Shown here in pieces: positions 47,696-59,842 of a DNA stretch of 64,000 nucleotides (the stretch's first letter is position 1; each line of letters begins with the position of its first letter). Position numbers and translations under genes: made by a program. The stretch spans positions 32,001 through 96,000 of the IMG/VR virus record IMGVR_UViG_3300012344_000011. One strand, given 5' to 3'. This stretch comes from a virus. Its lineage: Duplodnaviria > Caudoviricetes. The notes under the pieces were generated by a model that saw nothing but the letters and a program-made list of their open reading frames with translations, had not been told where the DNA came from and did not search any database.

Positions 47696-50600
47696 TTAAT
47701 AGTTGCGGTGTGCTGATTGATAAGCCATATCTGCGATATTAAGTAGAGCGTTTTCAATTTCAATAGAAGAAGTGACATTGGGGAAGTCAGCTTTTATTTC
47801 AACTCTTTGCTCAATAGTATCGCCACCATTTGCTGCAAATAATTTGCTGTAGTCAGTAATATTATTACCTAGAATATTCTGCATTTGCCGCACTTGACTT
47901 ACTATATCTAATAAGTTCTTAGTGTCAGTTGCGTTAAGAACAAGTTCTTTTTGGTGAAGAATTGCTAAACGACCTTCTTTTTCATCAATGCCGCCATTCC
48001 AAGAGCCAGTGTAACCGCCAGAGTCATATCTCTTAAATCTTGTATAATAATCAGTATCGTGCTTTCAATTATTCATTTTTATGAAGTATCTTACCAAGTC
48101 AACAAAACCAGAATAATTACCCCACCATTCTGCGGAAGCAACACCAGCTAACCTATTTTCATAATCAGGATCATCATCATCATTACCATATGACGAATAG
48201 TTGCCCGCATTAACAATTGAACCTGCAATTGCTTCTGCCCATTCATAGTTAGATAATGAAGCAAGATCTTTATCACTAGACCATACTCTACCAGAAGCAT
48301 AATTCTTGATTTCGCCAGGCATTTTATCTAAGCCACTTACAGAATTTAGCGCATCATTCGCAGTTTGAGATAATGTTTTGAACTCATTATTCAAATTATT
48401 GACAATTGTTGAGGCTTTGTTGAACTGCGTCTGTAGCTGTTTAACAATTTCTTGAGCAGCCTTGGCCATCTCACTAGTGATTTCTATGCAAACTTCGTCA
48501 ATGCTTTTCTTAAGAGAAATCAAATCAGCTTCAAATTTTGGTGATTCAAAACTTAGATTGTTTATTTTACTCTGTAAAGAGAAGATGGAAGCTTCAATAG
48601 CTTTGACCTGTTGACTGCTAATATTTGCATTACCACCAAGATCACCATAGATTGTATCTAATGTTTCCTTCATTTTAGTAGAATAATCAGTTAGGCTATT
48701 TTCTAAGGCATTTAACAAATCTCCACTATATTTGTTATATTCATCTAATACACCTGTAGTACTTTGTTTGACCTGTCCCGCAAGATCGGTCATCTTAGTT
48801 GTTACTTCACCAATTTTAGTATTTGTATCATTTGCAAATAGCTGGAATCTTGAATCAATTTCATTGATAGTTTCAGTAGAATCAGTTTGCATTTGTTTAT
48901 AAATACCAGTAAGTGATTCTGCATTTTCATTGGAAATTGTTTCTGTAGACTGAGCAACCTGTTGTAAAATTTCTAAACTATAAGTTTTTATGTTTTCAGA
49001 TTGACCAGCACTATACTCTCCAAGAGAAGCCATAACTTCTTGGATGCGGGCTTTGCGCTCTTCCGCATCAAGATTTGCATCTGTCCATATTTCAATAATT
49101 TTATCTCTTGCATTGGTAATTTCAGAAATTGTATTATTCTCTGAATCAAGGAGAGCTTGCTTAGCGATGTTATATGCATTAATTTGTGCATCTAATAAAT
49201 CTTGTTGCTTTTGAGCTACATCTGATTCATCTGCTGTATAAACATAACTATAGTTGCCACTAGCATCTCTTTGTAATCGCATTTTTGTTTTCGCAGATTG
49301 AGCATCTTGTAAAGCAATTTGTTTCTCTAGAACGCTTAGTTGTGCATTAGCATAATCTATGTCGGCTTGCGTTAACTTATCTTTTTCTCTTAGATAATCT
49401 AATTGATCGTTCATTTGAGCAGAGATTTGTTGCTGAATGCCAGTATTTTTCTGCGCCGCATCATTCAACATCTTTTGATAAGAGAACTGCAACTTTTGAA
49501 TGTTATAAGCTTTATTCATATCATCTAAATGAGCTTCTTCATTGCGTTGCCGCATTTCCCACTGACTCTGCATCCAATCTACATCACCACCAAGAAGAGA
49601 ATTGGCAAATTCATTAGCAGCTTTGTTAGCTTGAATTTCAAGCCTTTCAGATATTTTTTCCAAGAGAGATTGTTCAGTATCCATCTGCTCAGATTGGAGA
49701 TCTGTAATTTTATCTTTTGCATCTTGTAGTGCCTCTTCGTTCTCTTGACTCCAATGAATATTAGCTTGTTTTGTTTCTTCTAATTTATCAACTATAGATT
49801 GCCAATAATTGATTCCAGAAGATAAAGCATCTAGTTGTCCGTTGTATGCGGAAACGGCCAAATCATTAGCTGACAATTGATAATCATAACCTTTTTCACC
49901 GTAGAAAAGAGAAATTTGTTCAGATAGACTATCTATAGAATCAATCAATCTATCATAAGAATCAAAGCGTCTTGAAATAATATCTTCCGCAGTATCTATT
50001 GCATCAGAAATTACTTCGTTTAAACTCTCAAAACTGTTTATAATAGATTCTGATACAGTCTGAACTCTATCCATTGCATCTTTAAGATTATCATATGCGG
50101 CTTGCGCGGTAACCTCAGAATATTCATCTGTACCTTGCTTGGCAATTGCTTCTTGCATTTGTTTTTGCGCTTCTTCAAGTTGCTGCAAAGCTATTAGCTG
50201 TGGAGAACTATAAGAAGCAGATTTATACTCTGCATTATCTTTTTCTTGCGCAGCAACAGAACCAATCGCTCGCATAACCGCATCTACGAAATCATTATAC
50301 CCAGCAAAATCTCGTAGAACGTATTCTTTGTCTCTATCAGGGTTTGCAGTTAAGATACTTTTTACAGCTGCGTCATAAAGAGCTTGCGCTTCATCTTTTT
50401 TACCTTCTTTTAATAAGTCAACCATTGTGTGGAAGTTACCTTTATCAAAGACAGGACCTATGTCTCCGCCGCCAATAGTGCTCCAATCTACATTTGGATC
50501 TTCTCTTGGACCTAATTGATTATAGATTTGATTTGCACCAGATTGCTCAAGAGCACTATCGAGTAATTTATCACGAGAAACTTGTTTATCAAGGCCAAGC

Positions 50601-53600
50601 ATTTTCTTTACATCATCTTCTGTAATGTTAGAGAATGTTTTTGTCTTACCGTTTCAATCTGTCATTTTTGCAGTAACACCAATAAGGTCTTTTATTGTGC
50701 CAGAAGCAGATTCTATTGCTGGTGTAAATCTTGTTGAGAGATTAGCTCCATTGTTTAAGAATTCAAATACTTTTTGATTAAACTCTCTAGAGTCTTTTAT
50801 GGCATTGATCCATTCGTTTAGCATATCAGACAATGTATCAAATATTTTGTCATTTGTATCTTGAATATTGTCTACACCTTCACGAATTTCTTTCTCATAA
50901 CCTTCTTGTTTATCAAGAAGATCTTGATAATTTTCCCAAGCTTCTTTGGCTTTATCCATATTATCTTTTGCATCAGACAAAGCATCATCAAATTCAGTTG
51001 TATCTTCATCATCTTTATGCTCGTTATAGGTGTCAACAGCGTCATTATAAGCCGCAACAAAAGCATCATAAATATCTTTTGCATTAATTATATTACCATC
51101 AATATCATATTGAAGTTCAATACCAACCATATCTGCATAGCCACGAATAGTTTTATTACCATACTCGTCTTCAGCTTGATTCTTTTGGATCTCTATTTGT
51201 TCTTTGGCGAGGTCAACTTCTTGTTGCTTTAACTTTAAATACTCTTCATAACTTTTCTTTAGTTTTTCAAGATTTTTTACTTTCTTTGAACCATATAATT
51301 CATCATCATATTCAGAAAGTACGTCTTGTTTTGCGGTGAGACGAGAAATTTTATTTTCTATCGGCTTAAATGGATCTCATTTACCTTTTTCAGCCTTTTT
51401 AGGTTTAGCAGCTTTTTTAGAACCGCCACCTCCGCCGCCGCCGCCACCTCCGCCGCCACCTTTATTAGATGAACCAACAGAACCGTTACCTGTGAATTTT
51501 ATGCCGCCAGTGCCTTCACCAGTTTTAATCGCAGCTACTTTTATTGTTTCGTCAGGTACGGGTTCTTGTCTTGAGGTTACTTCTTCTTCAATATCATATG
51601 TGTCTGGATCAGATCCCGTCTTTTTAACTGTTTGATGCTTGTACGTAACTGTTTTGGTCTGTGGGAGGTGTGTATCTACTTCTTCAACCTCTGCTTCCAT
51701 ACCAACAGATGCAAGGAGGGCATTCATTTGATCAACACTCATACCTGTTGCTAAAGCTAGTTGATTTAATGAGTTTACCCAATTATTATACGCTTCTTGT
51801 GATTCAAATGCGCTTGAAACATCGTCTCCCGCTTGCAAACCAGCGGCAGCTATTTGATTAAATCCATCTATAACAGTTTGTTTATTTGAATCAAAATTTT
51901 GTAATGCAGTGTTCATTTCTGATAGACCTGGGTCTAATTGAATATCATCGTTTACTTTAAGACTTTCTTTAACGGAAGCAGCTATAGTTGAAGATTTTTC
52001 TAAATTTCCAACGACATCTTTTCCAACAGCAAATCCAAGTTGATTGATAGCTTCTTCAGACCCATCTGCGGCTTCTTGCAATAATTCCATATTTTTAGCA
52101 GAATCAAAGAATTCTTTTGATAAATCTAAATCTTCAGATGTACCAACCAACTTAGCAATAGTTTTTTCTAATTGTTTCGTTACTTTAACATAATCTAAAT
52201 CATATTTATTACTTTTTTTGAGAATATCGCTTCATTCTTCTCAGTTTTTAGATAATTCTTCAACGCCTTGATTCATACGCTGGTTTTGAATCGCCAGGTT
52301 CCTCGCAGAAGTTGCATCTAAATCATAGGCTTCTGCTAGAGCTTCGGCTTGCTCTACTACTTCATCATAGTTTAATTCATATTTTTCTGATTCAGATTTT
52401 GTAATTGTTTCGAGCTGCTTATTATATTCTTGTTCAGTTGCTGCTTTTTGTTCTTCTGTTTCATCACCAGCGTCTGCTTCACGCTTTGCTGCTTTTAATT
52501 CATTGAAAGAATTGGCTTCAGAAATTTTATCTGTTGCATCAGCAAATCCTCTGACATTTTCTGTTCCATTTTGTAAGGCAGCTATAAATTCATCTATTGT
52601 AGGATAAGTTTCAATCATTTTTGCTTGGAACCCATCAATATTGTTCACATAAGCTTGAAGCGCTGCCATTTTATCGTCAGCAGTTCCAGTCTCAGTATCT
52701 TTAAAACTTGAAATTTTAGAACTTAAGTCTTCAGCATATGGCTTTGATAAATCAACCATTTTAGAAGCAATAAGTTTATCCTTCATATAATCTGAAGAAT
52801 AACCATCTTCTACAAGAGTTCTTTTACCATCTTCACCAATTTCATAGAATTCACCGTCAACGTATTCAATAGCATCGTCTAATTCTGCAAATTTTTCTTT
52901 TAAAACTTCATCTGAATAAGCATCAACTTCTTTCTCTGCTTCTTTGCGATACTCTCCTCCTTCTACCATCTTCTTAGCAACTGCACTTTGCACAATTTCT
53001 TGCCCAGTCGTACCAATGTTAGTATAATTTTTATCATTACTCATCATTGAACCAACTTGAGCTTTTTGAATATTTTTTATTTGATTGTCTGTAGAAATGT
53101 AGTTTGCCCCAATTTTTTGTAGATCGGAAAGGTCTTGACTAGAAAGCTCAGAATACATTTTGTTAAGTTTTTCTTTTGATATATCATAAGTTTTAGAACT
53201 ATTCGCTTCTTTAAAAGCTTCAAGAGCTTCCTCGGTAGAAGTAAAACCTGTTTTTGACTCAGCAATAAATTTAGAAAAATCTTTAGTTATTTCATCTGCC
53301 GCTCTTTTATCTGATTGCTTTGAATTTGATTCTCCATATCCGTGATTTACTGAGTCGTATAATGAATTAGAAATTTCATCGCCTTGCACTTTTGCTTTGC
53401 TCTCTAAGACTTTTATTTGTTCAAAAGCTACAGCGGCCTGAGCTTTCTGAAAATTATCGTTTGCTTTATTTGAAGCATATTTTTGAGCAGCAGTTGTGAT
53501 TGATAACTCACCATTTTCGCCTGTTTCAAAAATTTCACCATCAAAATCTTCTAACAAATTTTTATAGTTATTATAAAAATCTCATGCATTCTTATTAGCT

Positions 53601-56600
53601 TTCTGAATCGCTTCAGAAAATTCTTCAGTACCTTTCGTTAACCCCTTAAAGGTGTCTTTACTATTTTTTAATGTATCAATTGAAGATTTCAAGTTTTCTA
53701 CTTGAGTTTTGGCGTCGTCAAGAGTAGCTGAATAGTCAGAAAGATTACTTTTTGCTTTATCTAAGGCATCTGAATTTTTATTCAAAGCAGCATTTGTAGA
53801 TTCTATATTTTTAGCAATCGCAACGACTACGCCCGCAACAAGTGCAATAGCAGCAGCAGCAATGGCTATTTCTGGTAAAATGCCAAGTAGCACTGCTCCA
53901 AAATTAGAAAAAGCTGCTGTTAAAACACTTATCGTTGTTCCAGCCGCACTACCGCCTGCTGCAATATTTCTCAAAGCAGTCCCTGTTGTAGTAACTGCTG
54001 CTGATACTCCGCCATTTGCTTTACTAACAGCTTGGACGCTCTTTACATAAAGTCAATTTGCTACAGTTGCAGCTCCAGTGATAGCGACATCAGCCGCTTT
54101 TGCATCTCGTAAAGCTTTAAAAGCATCAATAACAATGGGAAAGATCATAGATATAGCCATTAACGTTGGAAGAATTGCATCCCCAATATTTCCTTCTTGG
54201 ATAGAAGAAATTGCTTCACCTATTGTGTCAAAAGCAAAAGCTAAAGAAATTGCATGTCCAACAGCTCTTGACAAAGAGTTTATCATAGACTCAAGCTTCA
54301 TTCTTTCAACTTCAGCAGCAGACCTTGCTGTTGCTTGTTCTATTTCTTGCCAAGCTATACCAGCTTTTTCAGCAGCCTGCATGAACGCTGTTGTTAAAGC
54401 TTCGCTATTAGAAATTTCAGATTTTATCTTTGACATTATCTGTAAGTCTTCTGCATCTAATTGTTGCTTTTGTTTTATTTTTTGAACAATTGTCGCGAAG
54501 CCACCTGAGATTTTTTCTAATTGTGCATTTTGCATTTTTAGATTGTTTGCATTTTTTGACGAATTATAAGCTTCTTTAACAGCTTTAGCAATTTTCTTTC
54601 TTGCAGCCAACTCTTCTTCCGCAAATGCAAGAGCAGTTTTATTTCTATTAAGCTCATCTTTATTTTGAATTGACGCAATTTTATTTTCATGAATTTGAGT
54701 TGCTTTTGCTTGTAATGCCGCATCAATTTTATCTGTATTCTGTCCTTTCGATCTAGCATCTTTCCTTTGCTGCTTAAGAACATTGGCTTCTTCGACAAGA
54801 AGCTGTCCTTCATTGATTAGAGTATCACGCTTATCTGTTAAAACCTTTCTATTATCTTTTAAATCTTTAACCTTTTTTTCTTTTCTGCTAACACTAGAAG
54901 CTTCTGCTCCAACAGTTTGTGCAACGATTTTCCCGCCACGCTCTTTTTCTGCGGCTTTTACTCTTTGTTCTTCAATCTTAATAGCTTCTTTATTTTCTTT
55001 GATTTGATTTTGAATTGCATCTGTTATATCGCCCTCTGCCACTTCAAGTTGACGAACACTTTCATATCTTTTTTGCTCTAATTGATATAGTTCATTTGCC
55101 ATTTCTCTTGCACGGGTTTGAGATTTCTCTGAAAGATTTGAATATACAGGAGCAACTCCAGACATAAACCTAGATGTTAAGCTGTTATTTATTTCGTCTA
55201 TATTCTTAAAGCCAAGCATATCTGTAACAGCATTTAATCTTTTGGCGCTACTTGAATATGTTATAATACTAGAAATTGAATTTGCAATAGAAGAAATTTG
55301 AGAACTAATTTGTGAACTAAAAACTCTAAAGAAACTTGCTCCAAGAATCTTTATGACACCATCTAATCCACCAGCTGCTTCAATCAATGCATTCAAACCA
55401 TTCACAAGTTTTGTAACATCCTCAAGAACTGGTTCAACAGCATCTTGATTAAAAAGAGTCGTCATTACTTGTTCACCAGCAGCTTGCAAAGTTTTCATAC
55501 GACCTTCAATACCAGATGCAAACTCTTCTTGCATAGCATCCATCATACCATCTGCACCCTGTGTAGCTTCTAAAGCTTTATCATAATACTCTTGATTATT
55601 CATCAAAGCGGCAAAACGATTATATTGGAATTTACCAGCAACTTTTTCACCTACAGCAACCTTTTGAGTTTCACTTAAACCTTTCCAAGTATCTTGCAAG
55701 TCATGAAGAATCGCATCAAAACCACGGAATTCACCCTGTGCATCTCTTACTTGAACTCCAATAGAACTCAATGCTTGAGCATATTCACCCTCAGCAATAC
55801 CATCATCTGTTTTTCCGCTAGTCTTAATGTCTGCGAAACGTTGCATAATGGTTTTCATACCATTACCAATCTCTTCGGCACTCTGACGAGTAACAGATTG
55901 AATAGTGGCAACAGATGCAAGGAACGTATCTTCAGTCGCTCCAACAGCAGAGGCAACAGATGCAGAACGCTGAGCTGCGGTCATTAGCTCACTGACATTA
56001 GAAGCAGTACTATTTGCTACATTTGCTAACTTATCTAGAGATTGGCTCATTTCATCAATTGAGAGTCCAAAAGCATTACGATATGCAGTAATTTGGTCTG
56101 AAGTTGTAGCACTATCTTGCTCAGAAACATTCGCTAATTTAATTGCTAAATCAGCCTGTAATTTTGAGTCAGAAAGAGAGAAGCCTTCTTGCGTGAAAAC
56201 TTTAATTGCATTTGTATAATCAACAGTCGTCGTCGCAAGTCCTTGAGCAGCTTTGTTCGCGTACTGGGCTAATTCTCGCATATTTTTCGCAGATGCTTGT
56301 GAAACCATCTGGATTTGCGTTAAGGATTCATCTAGTTTTTCCATATATCGAACTGCACCAGAAATACTACTAACTACTTCCTGAAAGATTCCAGCAGTAA
56401 TGCCCCAACGAACAGTGTTTGAAAAAGTTGTAAAGACTTTTGACATAGTGGAATTTACAGTAACAGCATTTTTATTAATTGACATTAAGCTATTTGCTAG
56501 TGCAGCATTTGCTCTTTGTCCTTGTTCACCCATTTTTGATCATCTTGCTGCAATACCCTGTAAATTAGTGTCAGTCATTTTTAATGATGTATTCAACTTA

Positions 56601-56836
56601 GTCAAGTCTAAAGAATTTATTTTTGGGTTAAAAGCTTTCTTTAAAGCTACTTCAAGTTGATTGATTTCTTTAATTGACTGTTTTATTTCAGCTGGTTGCA
56701 AGCCAGTTATTTTAGTAGCATTATTTGCGGTTAGAGTCGTTTTTAATTTAGTTAACTCATTTCGTAGTTGAGTAACACCACTTGCATCTAGAGTCGTTTT
56801 AATATTGTATACGATCTCATTAGAATATTTGGAAAT
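47696..56836 (-). CDS. Tail tape measure protein (~3046 aa), 8 TGA, probable ATT start
   Basis: Seven track ORFs share one frame; TGA at 56540, 54053, 53582, 52241, 52232, 51377, 50654, 48065. TP901-type core (TRQSAEEIGNGMKTI, AGKFQYNRF), poly-Gly linker, YDSGGYTG...LHQKELVLN C-terminus. Confidence 0.92.
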
Positions 56837-56853
56837 AAGTCATCACCACCGAT

Positions 56854-57651
56854 CTAACAGAATTGCCAGTGATATCCACCAGCAGTTTTTTGTTCATTAA
56901 TACAACACTTAGAAACTCCTGCGCTTGATTTTAAGCCAATTGCTTTTGCAGCTTTGCACGCAGAAGAATAAACCATATTTGTTTCTATACATTTAACAGG
57001 CTTTGCTCAAGCACTATTTTGACTTAATTTTTCCTTATGCTCTTCAGAGAATTTTTTCCCATACATGGGATTATTTTCGCCACAATATTTTCCCATTTTA
57101 CTTTCAGACAACTTCTGTCTATGTTCTTGAGATAATTTCTTCCCCTTTAAAGATTTGCCAAGTTTACGTATTTGTTCTCTCTGATTTTCTCTTAAACCAG
57201 AATCTCACTGCATTTTTGTGGTAGAACCACTTGGAAGAATCTCTATATTATTAGATTCACATGCTTTCTGAACGGTAATTGGAGCACAACGAAATTTTTC
57301 ACAAACTGCTCTTTCAGATCCTAGCTCAATATAAGCTTGTGCCAGTTCCTGATACCTATATTTTAACCTTCCTTCTCCGCCGAGGGTCATATTATAGCCA
57401 TTGTTACAACTATCTAAAAGAGAAATTCAATAGCGTTCTTTCTTATTTAGCTCAGAATCATCGCAATGCTCTAATTCTTGAATTTCAAAATTTTCTTCGC
57501 CATATTTTCTCATGGCCTTGTAGAGATAGTATGGAACTCCATTTTTGGCGTTTCTTTTGTGCTCTTTAAATCTATGTTCTATAGTTCCCGCAGTTTGGCC
57601 AATATAAATTTTTCCTGTAAGAACATTTGTTATTTTATAGATACAGCCCAA
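56854..57651 (-). CDS. Free-standing GIY-YIG homing endonuclease (265 aa), 3 TGA
   Basis: GCIYKITN...YIGQT, ERY(TGA)I...GYN, NUMOD3-like LSQEHRQKLS/FSEEHKEKLS and NUMOD1-like TAGGYHW; TGA at 57427, 57205, 57007. Confidence 0.88.
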
Positions 57652-57700
57652 AATATCACCATCCTCTCCTTGTTATCCTTTAATATGCATATTACAAGAT

Positions 57701-57740
57701 AAAAAAAATACCTCTATGACTTTTTAAAATCATAGAGGTA
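57701..57740 (-). terminator. Intrinsic terminator
   Basis: TACCTCTATGA / TCATAGAGGTA stem plus T8 on the - strand. Confidence 0.8.
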
Positions 57741-57764
57741 AAATTATTATAAAATGTCCAAATG

Positions 57765-58244
57765 TTAGCCCGCATTATTCATGCCATATTTATCAGCTAC
57801 ATCCAATGCAGCTTGAATATCAACATCATTTTTTAGCATTTCTAATGATTGACCCATATTATCAGCAATGCTACTTGTAAACACTTGAAGAACGTCAACA
57901 ATGCCACGTGCGGAATTACGATAAGTCATAAAATCTTCCAACCAAATACGTCCTTCTTCTGCTAGCGCATTTAGTTCATCACCATAGTCTTTAATCATAG
58001 TATCTACAACATCATCTTCAAGCATTCTATCCCAAGCAACCATTGGTGAACCAGTGACTAGATCTTCGTCAATTTGCTCCCACATTTCAGGATATAATGC
58101 ACGTGCCGCAAATACATATAAGGATCTCACAAAGATAAATTGATTAACAAAGCCATCGTCTTCAGCCGCATCCATTGCATGACTAATAATATCATAACGC
58201 TCTTGGCTAGAGAGTTTATAAGCCTTTTCTTTATTAATATTCAT
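57765..58244 (-). CDS. Acidic helical protein, possibly a tail assembly chaperone
   Basis: ATG 58244 after AAGGAG; positioned upstream of the tape measure gene. Confidence 0.55.
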   Translation of the reverse strand: MNINKEKAYKLSSQERYDIISHAMDAAEDDGFVNQFIFVRSLYVFAARALYPEMWEQIDEDLVTGSPMVAWDRMLEDDVVDTMIKDYGDELNALAEEGRIWLEDFMTYRNSARGIVDVLQVFTSSIADNMGQSLEMLKNDVDIQAALDVADKYGMNNAG

Positions 58245-58278
58245 TTTAACTCCTTTATAATCGTTCCGGAACAATTAT

Positions 58279-58307
58279 ATTATATATAAAAAACATTTGG
58301 CTGTCAA
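58279..58307 (-). promoter_or_regulatory. Sigma70/SigA-type promoter inside the tail module
   Basis: TTGACA-17 nt-TATAAT on the - strand. Confidence 0.75.
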
Positions 58308-58315
58308 GAAAAATT

Positions 58316-59770
58316 TTAGACATTGTTAAACAAAGAAGCTAATTTTAAATTTATTTTAACTTCTGAAGCATAAACTTTTTCAATAGCAGGAATCGTTTTC
58401 GCAAGTCGATCTTCTATTACAATATCTTTTTTTCTAAGGTTGCTATTTCCAACAGAAAGCTTGACCTGCTCTCTTAAAGAATAAAAATCAGTCTTAATTC
58501 CATTGATTGACATATAGGTTTTAAAATCATTCGTCATTTTTTTCAACAAATCATACAAAGAATAAATTTTATTATTGACTATAATAAGAGCTGCAAAATC
58601 AAGTTCTGCACCGCTACCAGATAATGCGCGTAATGCAGCACTATATTTTCCATATTCAACCATTGTTCTTCAAGACTCTAAAGCTTTCCTATAAATAGAA
58701 GAGGCATTTCCTGTATCTCTTGCACCCCAAACTGCTTCCCAATGTCTCTTGGAAGAATCTGATTTTTTTCCTGCTAAAGAGAATGCATCAGCAATATATC
58801 TACCAATATTATATCTTGAATGTAAATTATTAATATATCCTTTACCAGACAAAACTTCTTCTCGTTGAGCTAATTTTATAGATGCACCAAATCTATAACT
58901 AATTTCATTTTGGGTCCAAGTAAGTTCAATGTCTTCTTTTGCATCGTGACCATATAATTCTTTACCTTTTTGTCCTGTTTGTTGTGCGCTTACTATACCA
59001 CCACTTGCGGAAAAAGCAGCGTCAATTGCTTTTTTTCCTTCTGTGTCAAATTTATCTCTTGCTAGATTGATAGCGTGAGCCGCAACTGGTTCATACATTA
59101 CACCCATAATAGCACTAAAACATCCTTGCACACTTTTTATTATACTATCAATTTCATCTTGTGAAGAGGGTTTCTCTCCTTTAGATATATTATCTAACTT
59201 ATTAATATTTTCTCTAAGTCTAGACACACTTTTTTTAACATTAACATCACTTATCTCAGATTCTAATCCAGAAATATAATAAGTATCTTTTTTAGTTTTT
59301 AGTATTTTTGAAATATTTGATGGAACGCCAGTATATGCTTCTTTTAATGCGGCTATAGTAATATCTTTACTAAATTTACCTAAAACATCAATTGAAGATT
59401 GTAAATTTTCTCTAATGGTTCTATTTATTTTTGCAGCTTGTTCAGGGATTTTTACTTCAATTTCTCCATCAGTCCTAAACCTAGAATTACCAAGACCTGC
59501 GCCAGTGTATAAACCAGTACTTTTATTGCCACCATCTTTAAAATTCAAATTATTAATTTGTTCTATAATACTAGAACCAACTTGACCATTGGTAGAAAAT
59601 GCTTCTAACAAACTTATTATTTTTTCATCCTTAATTCCAGTATTCTTATTATAAGCTCTAAACCTATTCAAAAATTCTTCTAGTATCTTTGTTTTAGCAG
59701 AATTTATGTCAAATATATAGGCATTTGGTCCATCATAATTTTTTAAACTCCAGTGTATATAAGTAGTCAC
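58316..59770 (-). CDS. Hypothetical tail-module protein (484 aa), 1 TGA
   Basis: Two track ORFs in one frame joined by TGA 58670; GTG start after GGAGGT. Confidence 0.75.
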
Positions 59771-59792
59771 GTTACCTCCTTTCCCCGCATAT

Positions 59793-59823
59793 AAAAAAAA
59801 GAGGAACTCACAAGAGTTCCTCT
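59793..59823 (-). terminator. Intrinsic terminator after the major tail gene
   Basis: AGAGGAACTC-4 nt-GAGTTCCTCT plus T8. Confidence 0.85.
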
Positions 59824-59842
59824 CCTTTCTTGGATAAAATTA

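Noticed and set aside
51423-51460. GC-rich microsatellite as a regulatory or CRISPR-like repeat
   Set aside because: It encodes the poly-Gly linker of the tape measure protein. No repeat-spacer array was seen anywhere in the window.
56854-57764. Intron around the GIY-YIG upstream of the tape measure gene
   Set aside because: No P7-type elements and no room for a ribozyme core; the upstream gene ends with TAA and a terminator.
26323-59770. Degraded prophage with many nonsense mutations
   Set aside because: All internal stops are TGA, frames stay intact across them, and they fall at Trp motifs.
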